In this document: piece by piece, positions 49,908 to 64,000 of the stretch | Layout: every line of letters begins with the position of its first letter | Position numbering within the stretch: position 1 is the first letter of the stretch | NCBI RefSeq assembly: GCF_000143415.4 | Contig: NW_003314262.1 | Span: 1,415,960-1,479,959, forward strand | Source of the DNA: Selaginella moellendorffii | Taxonomy: Eukaryota; Plantae; Lycopodiophyta | Direction of reading: 5' to 3' | Length of the DNA stretch: 64,000 nucleotides | Notes under the pieces: model-generated | Database searches by the model: none | What the model was told of the DNA's origin: nothing | What the model saw: the letters and a program-made list of their open reading frames with translations, nothing else | Position numbers and translations under genes: made by a program

Positions 49908-52900
49908 CTAAAACACTCTCACTATTATGCCTCATGTATTGGTCCCATTTGGTCTTATTAACTATTTATAAAAAGTGTCTAGATTTTCTTGTTGGGCATA
50001 TTGGAGGGAGTGAGTGATGGAATGTATAGACAATTGCTACAATCCACTTTTCTCTCTAGCCCTCCAATTGTCACCCATGGTTTGGCATGCTTTAGTATAA
50101 TAGATACATGCATTGCTGAGTCAAGCAAAAAGAAAATAATGTCTTAGGGCATTGCTAAATTTTGATGTTTGTTTTCTACCAATGATTGCGTAGCATAGCC
50201 TATGCAAGAGGCATTTGCAGGATAACTGCCACATTTCCTTCCTTTCTCTCACCAGCTAATGGCAACTAAGGTTATGCCATACTCCTATCTATCGAAAGTA
50301 AATATCAAAAGATTTTTCCAATAACGATGTCAACCAACCTTCCTTTGCACCTAAGATCAAAAGGCTATGGTAAGTTAGAAAATGGCTCTTTATATAATGT
50401 GGATGCATGTGGATCTTATGGTGCCCTATATGCTTTATGACATTATTGTTAGTATGTTTCCCCAAGCATATATTTTATCCAAGTAGCTATGAATATTCTT
50501 TACTTTATTCTTATTTATAACATTTTTTTCTATCTCAATTTGGAGATTGGATTGAGTGATAAGATGATAATGAGTGGATTAAGATGCATCTTTATCTGCC
50601 CACATCCCCTTTCCCACACAGACCTAGCCATGAGAAGAACAACTGTGAATTAGACATTTTGCAACATAAATCAAATACTACTCAAGCTTGATCTAGGCTT
50701 CTATATATCCACATCAATATTAGTAAAGACAATGTTGGAATTCCAATATATTGCCACTGCCATAGAGTGGAGCTACATAGCTTGATCAAGAGATCATTAA
50801 AAAGTTGTCCATCCTTTTTTTCTGTATAAGCTCTTAGTTCTTAAGGCTTACAGATGCCATGAATGTTGCCACAATCATTTGGGAATTTTGAAAAATCCCA
50901 ATCCCACCCATAACATGGAAGAGTTCTAGCATGCAATGTATTGCTTGTTCTTGGTATGGCCCATAGTCTAAGGCAACATTAGCAAGGCATTAAAAAATTG
51001 AGCATCAATCAGGCTATCACACTTGGAGTACTAGTGCTTAAGAAAATAAAAAAGAGTTGTTGTTGATGAATTAAGTTCCAAAAATATTGTGAAAAATATA
51101 ATAGGGACATATGGCTATATTTTAACCATTGATTATCATTTATGACTGCCCCAAACCACTTTTTTTAGGTGATGATGAATCATAAAAAATAATTATATCT
51201 ATTTAAAAATCTATAACAGTTAATATTTTAAAATATTATGTGTAGCGCACCTTATCTCTCTCCCCTTAAGCCAACTGAAAAAGGGGCAATTGCTTGATGA
51301 GAGAGCCCTTAGTGGCTATTTTATCCCCATTTATCCCCCAAGGTTCCAAGGATCCACGGTGAGAGTATATCCAAATCTCATCCCATGATCACATGCGCTA
51401 CACTCACCCCCCCTTGAGAGATGTCAATGTCCTCATTGACTATTGATTAACAACCCCTACTGAGCCAAGGGGAACCAGCACCTCCATTTCCGCACTGAAT
51501 TTACCAATCCTTCTATTGTGTAGACCAGCTATTCCATGTGAGGCAACTAGTCATCCACTTGTACCGCAGTCCCACGGTGGATACCTTCGTCCGTGGATAC
51601 TCCACACAAAAGGAAGGACATATGCATGGATGCCCAATACATACGATTTCAAATTTAGGGGTAGGAATATACCTTACTTAAGGGTATATTATATTTTTAA
51701 GTAGCCACTAATCAATGGGAATCGAACCCGTGCCATTTGCTCCAATACCAACTATAGCGCACCTGAATTTGGAGCTGAACTCCAAGCCCGTTGCGCTATG
51801 AACGAGGGTCCGGTACAATCCCACAAGCACCAGCTCCCCGTATCCAGCACCTGCATGCAAAATGGTGTCAGACGGAGTCTGGCACAATTTTGGCATACCA
51901 GTGGCTTAACGCAGGAAGGAGGGTACTCCACCGACTAGAGCAGCGTGGAGCTTGGGCTTAGACCCAAGCCGGACGCAGAACAAGGAGCGACACAGCCCAG
52001 CGGGAGCCAAACTAATGTCTCAGATGGTCGGACATGCATTCCAACCACTATCCCTACTATACATTTGGAACCCCCCACAGCCCCCCCCCCCCCCCTTGAG
52101 GGACACACGCTTTGGGCTTTCACCCCAAGCCACCTTTAGTACCAGGAGTTAGTCTCTGGAACAAGCTCGAAACTTACTAAATATGGAATGGCCTTAGATT
52201 GCGAATTTGGATACAGGATGAACACCATTGTATTCAGGCCGACCCCTACATTCCGTAGATATGCCAAATGAGCAAATCTAGACACTTTCCATAAATAGCA
52301 TTTGAGACCAAAATGAGACTAACACAAAGGGTGTGATAGCGAGGGTGTTCGGCAGACACAGTAAGCTATCATCCAGCGATATTGAGGGACTAGTCTCAAT
52401 ACGCGAGGGTTCTTGCCAAGCCAGTGCAAGACAGAGCAAAAAAGAACTAACAAGCCGGGCCAAGTATGCTTGGCTAAATAGACACTTAGGAATTCCTTCC
52501 TTATGCTCATCCGGCCAAGTACAGATGCCAAGTCCAGTTTACTAACACTTGGACAAGAGGGGCTAATAAAGGGAACCAGCAGTACCGACCTCATGCCGTC
52601 GTGGCAGTAAGGAAAGAGTGTCCATAAGGACTGGCCGACAAGTATCTTTCGATACCCGAAGTCACATTTGTGACAATCTCCCCCCCTTAGGGAAGATCGA
52701 CGTCCTCGTCGATGCATACCTGAGTCTAGCAAACTGTCAAGGAAACAACTCCGAAAGTTAACGGAAAGCACACTATGTGGGAAATACACCGACTTAAATG
52801 AGTTAGGGAACGACCTCTCCTCTACGTCCAAGGATGCTAAGACTCAAACACCCTCCAGCTGTCACCGACAAGGAAATGACTAACAAAGTTAGCCCCCCTT

Positions 52901-53283
52901 GTTGCTCCGAGTACCACTCGGCTTACAAAGGAATGATACATCTCTGCCCGCAGGGATATAGGGAGAAGGCTAGATGCCGAACTGCCCCTGAGCAAGAAAT
53001 CAACCTCGTCGAGAAGATTTAGACAACTATTATAAACTGGCAGATTAAGTTGTTTACATGACCACGCCCCTTTTCAAAAATGAATCATCGAGAGAGAGGC
53101 GGGGACTTGTGATCAGTCTATAATAGTTGTCCCCATGGTTATGGATTGGACCCACGCACCGAAGTGCCGAAGTCAGCCTGCCAAAACTGACCCAAGTACG
53201 ATCGAACGAAAGAAACGACACGTTGATTTATAGAAATGTATTACTTTATTAATGTGCAAGATTTATTACAAGATTTACAAAAG

Positions 53284-56200
53284 CTAATCTTTATTACGAG
53301 TTTCATACTCCGTGACAAGCTCACGAGCATATGTAAGATTGCTAAGAGGCTCCCAAGTTGATTCACAAGATGGGTAACCTTTCCACTTAACTAAATACTC
53401 TCGACGTTTGGCACGTTTAAGCCAGCGTGTACCCAAAATAGCTTCCACTTCATATTTAGGTTCACCATCCACAACTTCTGGTGGTGGACGAATCTCCACT
53501 TGACGTGCATCATCCATAGTGTATGGAGCCAAGAGATTGGCATGAAATACATTATGAATATTGGACATCTCCGCAGGAAGATCCAATTGGTAGGATACAT
53601 CACCAATTCGTTTTAACACCCGATAGGGTCCAACATATCTCAGCAAGAGCTTCCGAGATAAAGATCCCTTAATGTTCAAGTTCCGGGAAGATAGCCACAC
53701 TTTATCTCCCATTAGATAGGATACATCCCGACAATGCTGATCCTTATCACGTCGATACCTATCCTGAGCTTTGCCCATCGCCTCAGTATCTCTAGACCAA
53801 CCTTGGCGTAGCTGCTCCGCATAAGTTTCAACGGCTGGGACCAACACTTCGGTCATTGGTTTCGGGACAACAATCTGTTGAGCACGAGCATTTCCTTGCA
53901 GCATCTCCCATGGAGAACAGCCTATAGTGCTGTGAAATGTGTTGTTATAACAGATTTCTGCTGTATCCAAATGCTCAACACAATCATTTTGGTCTGCCGC
54001 GACATAGTACCGCAGATAATCCTCAATTTGAGCATTCACGCGTTCGGTCTGCCCATCGGTTTGAGGATGATAAGTCGTACTAAATTTCAACTTGGTACCA
54101 AACAATTGGAATAGGGTCCCCCAAAACTTCCCCGTAAACCTCGAATCTCTATCTGAGATCATTTCTTCAGGAAGACCACGAACTCGCACTACTTCATGGA
54201 AAAAGAGCTTTGCTGCTTGTTTCGCATTTACTGTTCCCACAGTTGGAATGAAGTGTGCAATCTTTGACAACCGATCCACAACCACCATCAAAGTATCATA
54301 ACCCTTAGACTTCGGCAAGCAAGTGACGAAATCAAGTGTCACACTTTGAAATGGCCATGCCGGTGCTGGAATGCATTGCAACTTTCCAGCTTGCTTCTCA
54401 GTTCTGCGCTTACATTGCTGGCATACAGGGCAGGAACGGACATAGTCCGCTACATCACCTTCCATACCAAACTAGAAAAATCCCTTTTTCAATGAAGCCA
54501 GAGTCTTTTGTTGTCCACCATGTCCCGCTGTTGGAACATCATGATGTTCCTGCAGAAATAACTGCTGAAGATCCTTAGAGGGAAGATACAATCTTTCTTG
54601 CTTATAGAATATAAGCCCATCCCGAACTGAGAAGTGAAGCTTTGTATTAGTGCGACTAGCAACTTTCACTGCTTCACTACTAGGGCTCTGCTTCAACAAC
54701 TCCGCAAGGCGTAAGATTGTCTTCGCCAATGGATCACTTCCATACGAAGCCTGAACGTCTTCCAACCAGTCCGAACTGATTGCCGATATTGCCCGGAATT
54801 GAGCTTGATGACTCAACGCATCCGGAACAATATTGTCTTTACCAGGTTTATATATGATTTCAATATCATATTTAGCAAACTTCTCTTGCCAACGAGCTTG
54901 CTTCGGCGTAAGCTTAGGCTACGTAGCAAAGTAGCTTAGTGTGTTACTATCTGTATAAACCTTGGTATGTCCACCCAAGTAGTGTCTCTAGTGTTCCAGG
55001 GCCGACACTATAGCAAACATCTCTTTCTCGTGCGTTGGCCATCTTCGTTGGGTCTCATCCAATTTCTTGGAATAGAACGCAACAGGACAACCATGTCGCT
55101 TTAGCGTAACACCAACTGCTTTGTCACAATAGCGCTGTAACACGGCATCAATAGCATAACCAGATGCATCACAATGCACTTCGAAGGGTTTATCAAGATC
55201 TGGGATCCTGAGAACAGGAACCGTAGTCAAGATCTCCTTCAATCGTACAAAAGCACGCTGGCAAGTTGGTGTCCAATGAAACGGAATATTACTCTTCGTC
55301 AACTCAATCAACGGAAGAGCAATTCTTGCAAAATTGCGGACAAATTTGCGATAGTATCCTGCCAAACCGAGAAAGGAACGAACATCTGACATAGTGGTCG
55401 GGACTTCCCAGGACTTCACCGCTTCCACCTTCTTTGGATTGACCTCAATCACGCCACCACCAACTATATATCCGAGAAAGTTTACGTGCAATTGTCCAAA
55501 AGCACATTTACTTTCCTTAGCATACAGTTTGTGTTCGCGCAACTTCTGAAACACCAGCTCCAAGTGTTTCAAATGATCCTCCAACGTCTCACTAAAGACA
55601 AGAACATCATCGATATATAGGACAACAAACGTGTCCAAATAATCTCCGAATATTCTATCCATCATAGTGTTGAATGTTGCTGGAGCATTGCATAACCCAA
55701 ACGGCATGACAAGGAACTCATAAGATCCATACCGAGTCTTAAAGGCTGTCTTCTCCACATCCTGATTTGCCACCCGTATCTGATGATACCTGGACCACAA
55801 ATCAAGTCGCGTAAAATACTTAGCCTTTAAGAGTTGGTCAAACAAGTCATCAATGCGGGGCAAAGGATAACTATTTTTAACCGTGATCTTATTGAGTGCC
55901 CGATAGTCAATACACATCCTCATGGTTCCGTCCTTTTTCATAACGAAGAGGACCGGCACTCCATAAGGTGACTTGCTTGGTCGGATATGACCTTTGTCAA
56001 GAAACTCCGTGAGTTGCTTCTTGAGTTCAGCCATCTCCTTGATGTTCAACCGATATGGAGCTTTCGTAGGTGGTTTAGAACCCGGAATAACTTCAATCCG
56101 ATGATCAACCTCACGGCTAGGAGGTAGCCTTGGTGGTAAATCTTTCGGGAAGATATCCTGATTCCTCACCAACAACTCCAATATCTTCTTTGGTACAGGA

Positions 56201-58294
56201 TCAACCCTGTCGCCGATTCGAACTGAGTCACCAACATCCTCAGCTTCCATCACTTGAACCCAAAAGGTTCGACATCCCCTCTTAGCTGCTTTTTGAGCGG
56301 CCCTCGCAGTCAGGAACTTTGCATCCCAATCCTTTGAGGAACGCTTTTGCAACTGAAAGGATACATCAGGACGTCCTTCTGACTTCAATGTGATATGACT
56401 TTGTCTAGCACCATAAATCCCTTTTATATACTTGTTGAAGAAGTCCATACCAAACACCATCTGAAATTCTGGTATCTTCAACACTACCAAGTCCACTCTT
56501 TCTTTCCACTTGGATATCTTTATTGGAACATCACTCACAAACTTTTTGGCTACTTGCCCACCTTTTGCAAACCGGAAGTGCATAGGTGACATTTGCTCAG
56601 CATTCAATCCTAACAACTTAACTAAGTCTTCGGATATCACGCTGTGCATAGCTCCCATGTCAATCATCACTCGGATTCGGTGTCCACAGACAAAGCCTAC
56701 CAGATATATCAATGGATCAGTGTTTGCATTGACTGCAAGAAAAGCTTGAGGAAAGCAACGAAAGTTACTCACCTCTTCTTCCTCATAGTTTGCATTGACC
56801 AACTCGTCAACCCCTTCAGCTTCACCACCACCGTCTTCCCTCATGACATTAACCCGAGACCTTGTCTTATGCTTGTTGGGACATTCCGAGGACCTATGTC
56901 CTGATTCTTCACAATGGAAGCAATGACCCACACTACCCGTTCCGCTAGGAGCAGGTTTTGCAAGTTACTGCTGCTTGTACCCACTAGGAGGAGGAACAGA
57001 GGGCCTAGGACCAGAAGAAGCTGCTGGTGGTCTCCAACCACCACCACCTTTATTAACCGTAGCTTGTGGGCCCCCAGGGCGGTACCTACTTTCCACCCTT
57101 TGTTTCCGATCACCTTGCTTATTCCCAGAATTCCTATTCTTATCTGAGTTACCAGCATAAGGTTGCTGATATTGTTCCATGAGCGAGTGACTAAAGGCAA
57201 CTTGCTGCACTGCCTCCTTACACTCCAGGTATGTCTTTGGCTTAAACTTCAAAATCTCATTGCGAGAAAATGAACTTAAACCCTCCAGAAAATAACTCCG
57301 AGCATCTTCGTCACTCATATTTGCAATCATAATGCGCTTCTGAGCAAACGCATTAACGTAATGCATAAGGTCCCCTCGCTGCTTTAACCGCCGCAGCTCC
57401 GCGCGAAGTCTCAGACCAAGATCATCCGGCAAGTATTCCTTACGGATACGAGACCACATTTTGGTCCAACTTCTAGTCTGCCCTTTTTCAGCACACACCT
57501 GGCGCCACCAAGTTTTGGCATGATCGGTGAGAAAGGATTGCGCGCACGCAACTTTCGTACAATCATCTACGTCTGCCGCTATGAAATAGTTTTCCATATC
57601 GTAGACCCAGTCCTCCAAAACTTGATAGTCCCGCATGCCTCTGAAATTGGGTGGTTTCGGAGGCTTGAACTTTGAAACTCGTGCAACCAGGGGTGGCTGC
57701 AGAACTTCATTGTCCTCAGAACTTGAAGAAGAGTCCGGTTGCTTAGGCTTAGCTGGTTTAGCTGCCTCAGCCTCTTTCTTCCTCTTCTTGTTCTCCTTCT
57801 TCAATTTGTGAATCTCCCTTCGCAAATTCTCAATCTCGACTTCCTGAGCCGTACGCTACAGCGCCGCAGCATCTAGCTCTTCCTCTTCTGACTCTGACTC
57901 AGCCTCTTCCGCAGCATCTCTAGCAGGAGTTTCCTCCTCTCGATTTGCTTGTTTAGAGGTTTCAGTGTCATCAGCACGGTTCCTCTTCACCATCCTGCTA
58001 GCTGCATGCATGCCTCTGAGGAGTCCGGTTGCTTAGGCTTAGCTGGTTTAGCTACCTCAGCTTCTTTCTTCCTCTTCTTGTTCTCCTTCTTCAATTTGCG
58101 AATCTCCCTTCGCAAATTCTCGATCTGGACTTCCTGAGCCATATGCTGCAATGCCGCAACATCTAGCTCTTTCTCTTCCGACTCGGCCTCAGCCTCTTCC
58201 GCAGCATCTCTAGCAGGAGTTTCCCCCTCTCGATTCGCCCGTCTAGAGGTTTCAGCGTCATCAGCACGGTTCCTCTTCACCATCCTGCTAGCTG
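53284..58294 (-). pseudogene. gag-pol of the chromovirus (gag, CCHC, protease, RT, RNase H, integrase, chromodomain), broken by in-frame stops
   Basis: [14 protein letters not shown]; MIDMGAMHS; YIDDVLVFS; HCDASGYA; HPQTDGQTER; GPY motif; YEVEAIL..YLVKWKGYPSCESTWEP. Stops at 56965, 54988, ~54917 and 54472. Confidence 0.9.
57731..58294. repeat. 290-bp-period tandem duplication in the 5' part of gag
   Basis: 57731-58004 and 58021-58294 are near-identical. Confidence 0.9.
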
Positions 58295-58637
58295 TATACA
58301 CGCCTCTATTAGTAACTGAACATGCATACAACGTTCTTACCGAATGGTGCTATCCAACTAATCCTACACAGGTCGCTTCGGATCTACTAGAAAAGTCTCT
58401 GCGTATGCAACTTGAGTCAGAAAATCCGACAAAAGTTGGATAGAAATCGCTAAGACAATTCCTCTGATACCAAATGTAGCGCACCTTATCTCTCTCCCCT
58501 TAAGCCAACTGGAAAAGGGGCAATTGCTTGATGAGAGAGCCCTTAGTGGCTATTTTATCCCCATTTATCCCCCAAGGTTCTAAGGATCCACGATGACAGT
58601 ATATTCAAATCTCATCCCATGATCACATGCGCTACAT

Positions 58638-61600
58638 TATGAGTGCATGGAATATGGATAGGGAATACAAAAAATGTGCATATCAATTAGCCCATAAACC
58701 CTAGCTTATATACAGGAGTGAGTGGTCTGGATTGAAATTAATCAAATGGGTACTAAAGTCCCACTACGTTAATATTAATATACAACATTGTAGCCATACA
58801 CTTGGACCTCACATCATCCCCTCCTCTCGGAATAATGGAGGACCGTCAGGGTTCTCTTGTAGATGGGCTTGGATTTAGAGGAATGTTAGAAAAAGGCATC
58901 GACAGATATATAGGTGGTATTAGTTGTTTTTGATCCTTTTGTACGAAGTGTTTCAACCGTTGCATATGCACAATTTCTAGAGCTTGTTGGACATCATGCC
59001 GAACCTCATAAACTTGTTTTTCAATTTGCCGCAACACCTGATACAGTCCTTTCCACTAAGCAAAGAGCCCCTTAGATAAACCATATATAGTAAAATGGGG
59101 AAAACAAATTAACACCAACTCATCCACTTTTTACTCCACAGGTGGATGATGATGGGAGTTGTAGCACTGTTGTTGTCTCACTTGTACATGGCCTAAGTGT
59201 TTGGTAAACTCTGCTTGGACAAGTGGAAGAATGCTTGTTAAATATTGATCCCACGAACTAGCATTGATAACTTGTGGCAATTGTGAAGGTAAACCCAACT
59301 TCGTTGATAATATTGGATCATGACCATATAGGAGTTTATATGGTGAAAAACTAATAAAACTCTACACCCATGTGACATATGCATACCAAAGAAATGGTAA
59401 TTAACCATCCCAATCCAAATGTTGAAAGTTCATGTACTTTACAATCATTCTTTTGAATGTTCGAATAAGCTGTTCCACCAAACTGTCTGACTGTGAATGA
59501 TAAGCACTCGTGAAAGTGTGGCATATCCCCAACCAAGACATCAAAACATGAAATGCCTCAGCTATAAATGTGGGACCATTGTCCGAAAGAATCTGCTCCA
59601 GACAAAAATGTTGGAACACCACTTGATTGAGGAGTAAGTATCTAACAATAGTTGCAAAGGTGCTAGCAAGAGCACCAACTTCCACCCAATGAGTCAAATA
59701 ATTAGAAGCAATAATAACATATTCATTGCTAGCAATCGATAGTGGAAAAGGTCCTATAAACGAGTGCCGTCCCCCGAGGTTGATGCTGCCCTGGGGGCAC
59801 GGCTTGGAAATCCAATTTTGAACAGTCGAGGAGATAAATCCTTTGTAGACAACTTAAATAGGGGATGGGGTACTGTAAGTGGCAGAGTAGGCTTGCTACT
59901 ACAATCCACTGAGGTTCATCCCTCTGTCCTACCAATTTGTCCCACCCACTGAAGGAATAAAACCAAAGGGTACGGCTTTCCCTAGCCCGACGAACCTGGG
60001 CAACATGGGCTTGGGCTCAAGCTCGAGCGCGTAGGGATCAAATGCTACCAACTCAAACGAATGGGAAATTGCAATTGACTCCAACTGTCCTTCCGTGGTA
60101 TGAGGGGGAGTATTACAAGCTTGGCACCAAACACAACTACACACATATTGAATAACATCAAGTTGTATCTTTAGCCAATAGAAAGATCTGCATAGCTTTT
60201 TGGTCACACAATGATATCCTACGTGCCTGCCTAGAATAGAAAAATCATGGTAGGTATAGAGAAACCATGAAATAAAGGCAAAAGGCACCACCAATTGTAA
60301 ATAATCATCAGGATCTGTCCCTATAAAATAAAAAAGGCCATCTTTAAGGTTATGACAAGTCATTAGTAAGTGATGCAGGATTCTCAAACCCATCTCGAAG
60401 CTTTTGAATCTATGGGTCAATCTTTTGAGCTTTGCGAACCTCATCAAGAGAAGGTAGATCTTGCTCTACACTTTATGGACATTGAATGTCAAGTACAATA
60501 ACTGCAGACAACACATAATCCTTGTCTAGAAAATCCATAGATGCTAGAACAACAAGCTCATCAGAAACATGATAAGAGAGTGAAAAAGGAAGAGGAGCTC
60601 GAGAAATAGAATTAGCATTAGCCATAGAACTCTCTAGGTAGTGAACAACATCAAAATCATATATCTAAAGTTTCAAAGCCTACCAAACAGTATGACTAAC
60701 CAAGTTTTTCCACTTTAATAATGAAGTAATGGCAACATGATCACTTTTTAGTAATGTTTAACAACCATGTAGATATGTATGAAGTTTCTCGAAACCCTAG
60801 ACTACTGCTAAACACTCCTTCTCTATTGTAGAGTAATTTACCTTCGCTAGTTGTAATGTATACTTTATATACACAATGGGATGGCACTAACTAGACACAC
60901 TCAGGCTCTCTTGCATCAACACTCCTCCAAGACGAATATCAAAAGCATCCACACGCAAAATGAAAGTTCGAATGTAGTCAGGATATGTCAAAACTGGAAG
61001 AGTCATCAATAACTCTTTGAGATCCATAAATGTCTGCTCACAATCCGAAGACCAAATGAAAAATGACATTAATGACTTTAGCAATGCTCACAATGGTGCA
61101 ATGCGATCAAAAAGATGATCTATAAAGCGATTGAGATACTGCACCTTGCCTAGAAAGCACTGCACATCATTCACACACTTTAGAGTAAAGAACTTTAGAA
61201 CACCCACAAGTTTGTTAGAATCAACTTACAAACCCTCATACGGTACCCAAGATAAGTCGTGTTCTTGGACCCAAATACATACTTCGACCACTTCAGCTTT
61301 ACACTAATATCCCGTAGCCAATCCAACACTTTACAAACATCATGGATGTGTTCCTCCCATGTCCCTTCTGAGTGGATCAAAATATCATCAATAAAGTCAA
61401 TAATCACCTTTGGCACATCACAAAGAACTTTGTCCATCATCCACTAGAAAGTTGCTGGAGCATTGTTTAAACAAAACAACATCACTAAAAACTCATACAA
61501 ACCAAACGGTGTACAAAAAGCAGTCTTAGGAATGTCTTCTTTGGCCACTGGTACTTGTTAATACCCAGAAGCAAGATCTAGTTTGGTGAACTAACGATTT

Positions 61601-64000
61601 ATCTCTAAAAGATCCAAAAGATCAACAATGTGAGGAAGAGGGTACACATCTGGGATCGTCACTTCATTTAACAAACGATAGTCAATGCAGAAATGAATAC
61701 TTCCATTAGGCTTTATCACAAAATGATGTTTATATGCCCAAGGACTTTGTAACTTTTGAATAACACCCTTTTCCAACATCTCCTTGACATTTGCATGTAA
61801 AATCTTGATCTCTTTGAGTGACTGACGATGAATAGAAACCTTAATTGAAGGAACATCCCTGGTTCGAATCAAATGACGTGCGGCAATTTTAGCCCCAAAA
61901 GATCCATCTTGTTCCACTCTTCCCTTTTCCGATCCTTTCAACAATCTTTGTGTTTTAGCAATTAACCGGCTCATGAAGGAGTATACGTAAGCCACAAATT
62001 TTTCTTTTTCAATTTTCCAGCTTACCTCATCTATCCAACCAACACTTCTTTGGACTTAACTAAGTTCCCTTGCCAAGGTTCTTGCCTATGGTATTAACTC
62101 CTACTTGAACTCCTACTTGGTTTCAGCTACTCACTACATGAGTTATGGAGTATTAGCCATCCATCCACAGATTCCCAAATCTCTCCCAATCCACCTCCCC
62201 AGGTTAGACTAGACTTAAGGTTAAGCTACACTCCTCGCAGGCATAAGCATCCAAGCACACCAAGCCTCCAAATTTTTAACATCCCTTTGTACCACAAAAC
62301 TTGATTATGGGACCCTCTAAATCCCAAGCCTTGGGTGCAACACTTGCTCCGGGATGCGGGGGGAAACATTGTGGCCTAGCAGCCCAATATGGGTACCTCT
62401 ACTCCCCCACTTTCATCCCGAAGGGAAGGCCTAAGCCTCTAGGCAAGGTGAGGACCAATCAACTACATGGTACTCAAGTGAGGCACCACTCCACATGAGC
62501 TGGGAGCACCACAATTGATTTCCCTTCCAGGAGTGAGAGTTGCTCTTGAGCACTTCCTAGGGTGGCCCCTCCAGCACCACCCAAGTCTATGCTCACTCCC
62601 ACCTAAGGCCCCTCGGCCCCAATCTCAACCTCAAGTTAGTTTGGAAGCACCACTGGAGAGTTCCTTCAAGAATGGTTCCTAGACCTCACTATCCCTACTA
62701 TACTTTGGAACCCCCTGCAACACACCTCCCCCCCCTTGGGAGACACACGCTTTGGGCTTTCACCCCTCGACCTGTATTAGTACTCGGACTTGGTCTCGGA
62801 CTCGATCTCGGACTCAATCTCGGACCCAACCTCAGACTCGGTCTTGGACTCGGTCTCGGACTTGACCTTAGACCTGATCTCGGACTCAACCTCAGACTCA
62901 ATCTTGGATCTCGGACTTTGTCTCGAATTCGGTCTCGAACTCGGTCTCGGAGTCGGTCTTGGACTCGATCTCAAACTCGGTCCCATCTGATGAACTCTTT
63001 ATCATTTCTGTCGTGCTTTCGGGGATCCTTTGCCTACGACACCTCAGAGAGTTAGTTCTTTACAATATACCGATCTCTTTGAATTTGACTTAAACATAGA
63101 AAGAAGTAGTGGGGAGACAAAAGTAATGGAAGTAGAGGTAGAAGTAGAAAGACAAAGAGGTATGGAAGTGAGGGGAATGGATAAAATATAAAGAAGTATG
63201 AGACAAGGGGGAGAAGCCTCAAAGTCACATTTGGTATGATTGCATTGCAACCAATCCATACTAAGGATGAGGTTAAAAGCTTAACTCAGCACTACTCACA
63301 ATGACTACAACCCAAGCTTGAAATTGCCTACACGCACAACTAGGTCTGCCTCATCTCGTGCACATGCATATGTATGGCTATTGCCATAAAGAATGAAAAC
63401 TAGCTCTACCGTATGACATAAGTGTAGATGGCAACGTATGGCAACAGGTTGAGTAATAGAAGATAAACTTGAACCTATATCAACTAACACAAAGAGAATA
63501 ATAGAAGACCTTTTATTATAAAAATGAACTTAGAAAGTAAATATTGGATGAATTAGTGCCAAATGAACCCCTTAATGATACTCCCGAAAGAAAAATAGAA
63601 GGGTCATTGACTTATTTATACAAGGTCTCTCTACTACTCACACAACTCCTTGTTTCCCGAAAGCATCTTAGTGTTTAGACTTTCCATTGCAGAACATTGT
63701 TGACACTAAAGTCTCTACCCAGGAAATAAAAGTTGCCACTCCAGAATACGCTTACAACGCCAATAAGTGTGACTAACTTCATCATATACCCAACAACAAC
63801 CACAACCATGTTCTCACCCTTGTTTTGGAACTCAGGCAACAGTAGCATCAATTTCCCATTTCCCACAAAAAGTGGAATTGAAGGATATGCAACAATAAGT
63901 GGAAGAGGTGACCAAATGAAAAGCATCGTCAAAAGTGGTTAGAGCAAGTATATACATAACTCCTACAAGATCTTAATAAATTGTTGGTCACAATATTCTC
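58638..64000 (-). mobile_element. Degenerate Gypsy (3' LTR 58638-58813, PPT, integrase, RNase H, RT, protease remnants), same family as 1-4344, with insertions near 59720-60040 and 61895-63045
   Basis: ILSDNGPTF, TSAYHSQSDSLVE, DAFDIRLGGVLMQ, FIDDILIHS and CIDYRLLNEVT remnants; LTR matches 4169-4344. Confidence 0.85.

Larger units (their letters stand above)
51241..58636 (-). mobile_element. Chromodomain Ty3/Gypsy (chromovirus, Tcn1-like) element with three LTRs
   Basis: Outer 162-bp LTRs at 51241-51402 and 58475-58636 (5 mismatches). TSD TTATG at 51236-51240 and 58637-58641. PBS TGGTATCAGAG at 58462-58472. Extra 923-bp LTR at 51753-52675 with its own PPT and PBS. Confidence 0.92.

Noticed and set aside
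56931-56967. Programmed frameshift or readthrough between gag and pol
   Set aside because: The two ORFs are in the same frame, and the TAA following CAG CAG is most simply a CAA>TAA mutation like the other stops.

Overview
A transposon-dense stretch of a land-plant nuclear genome. The 45-57 bp introns, chromodomain Gypsy and TTTAGGG repeats suggest a seed-free plant such as Selaginella, but this is inference. Most of the window is nested LTR retroelements: Gypsy relics at both ends, Copia copies in both orientations, solo LTRs with TSDs, Cassandra (5S-bearing) TRIMs and a three-LTR TRIM/chromovirus chimera. Host-type genes are limited to a tandem pair of bulb-type lectin genes (one frameshifted) and a P450 relic. 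The main object is a 12.6-kb TIR DNA transposon (36799-49383, 4-bp TSD). It encodes an intact 1022-aa Sola1-like DDD transposase and a divergently transcribed 11-exon, ~1640-aa cargo gene (ParB-like domain, degenerate DNA-methyltransferase-like segment, acidic linker, FCP1/HAD phosphatase). About 25 copies of a 22-bp palindrome (ATGGCRTG-N6-CAYGCCAT) occur in its ends, promoter hairpins, introns and coding sequence. A 288-bp MITE with the same TIRs and two palindromes lies at 10333-10620. All domain calls are by-eye motif recognition, not database hits.
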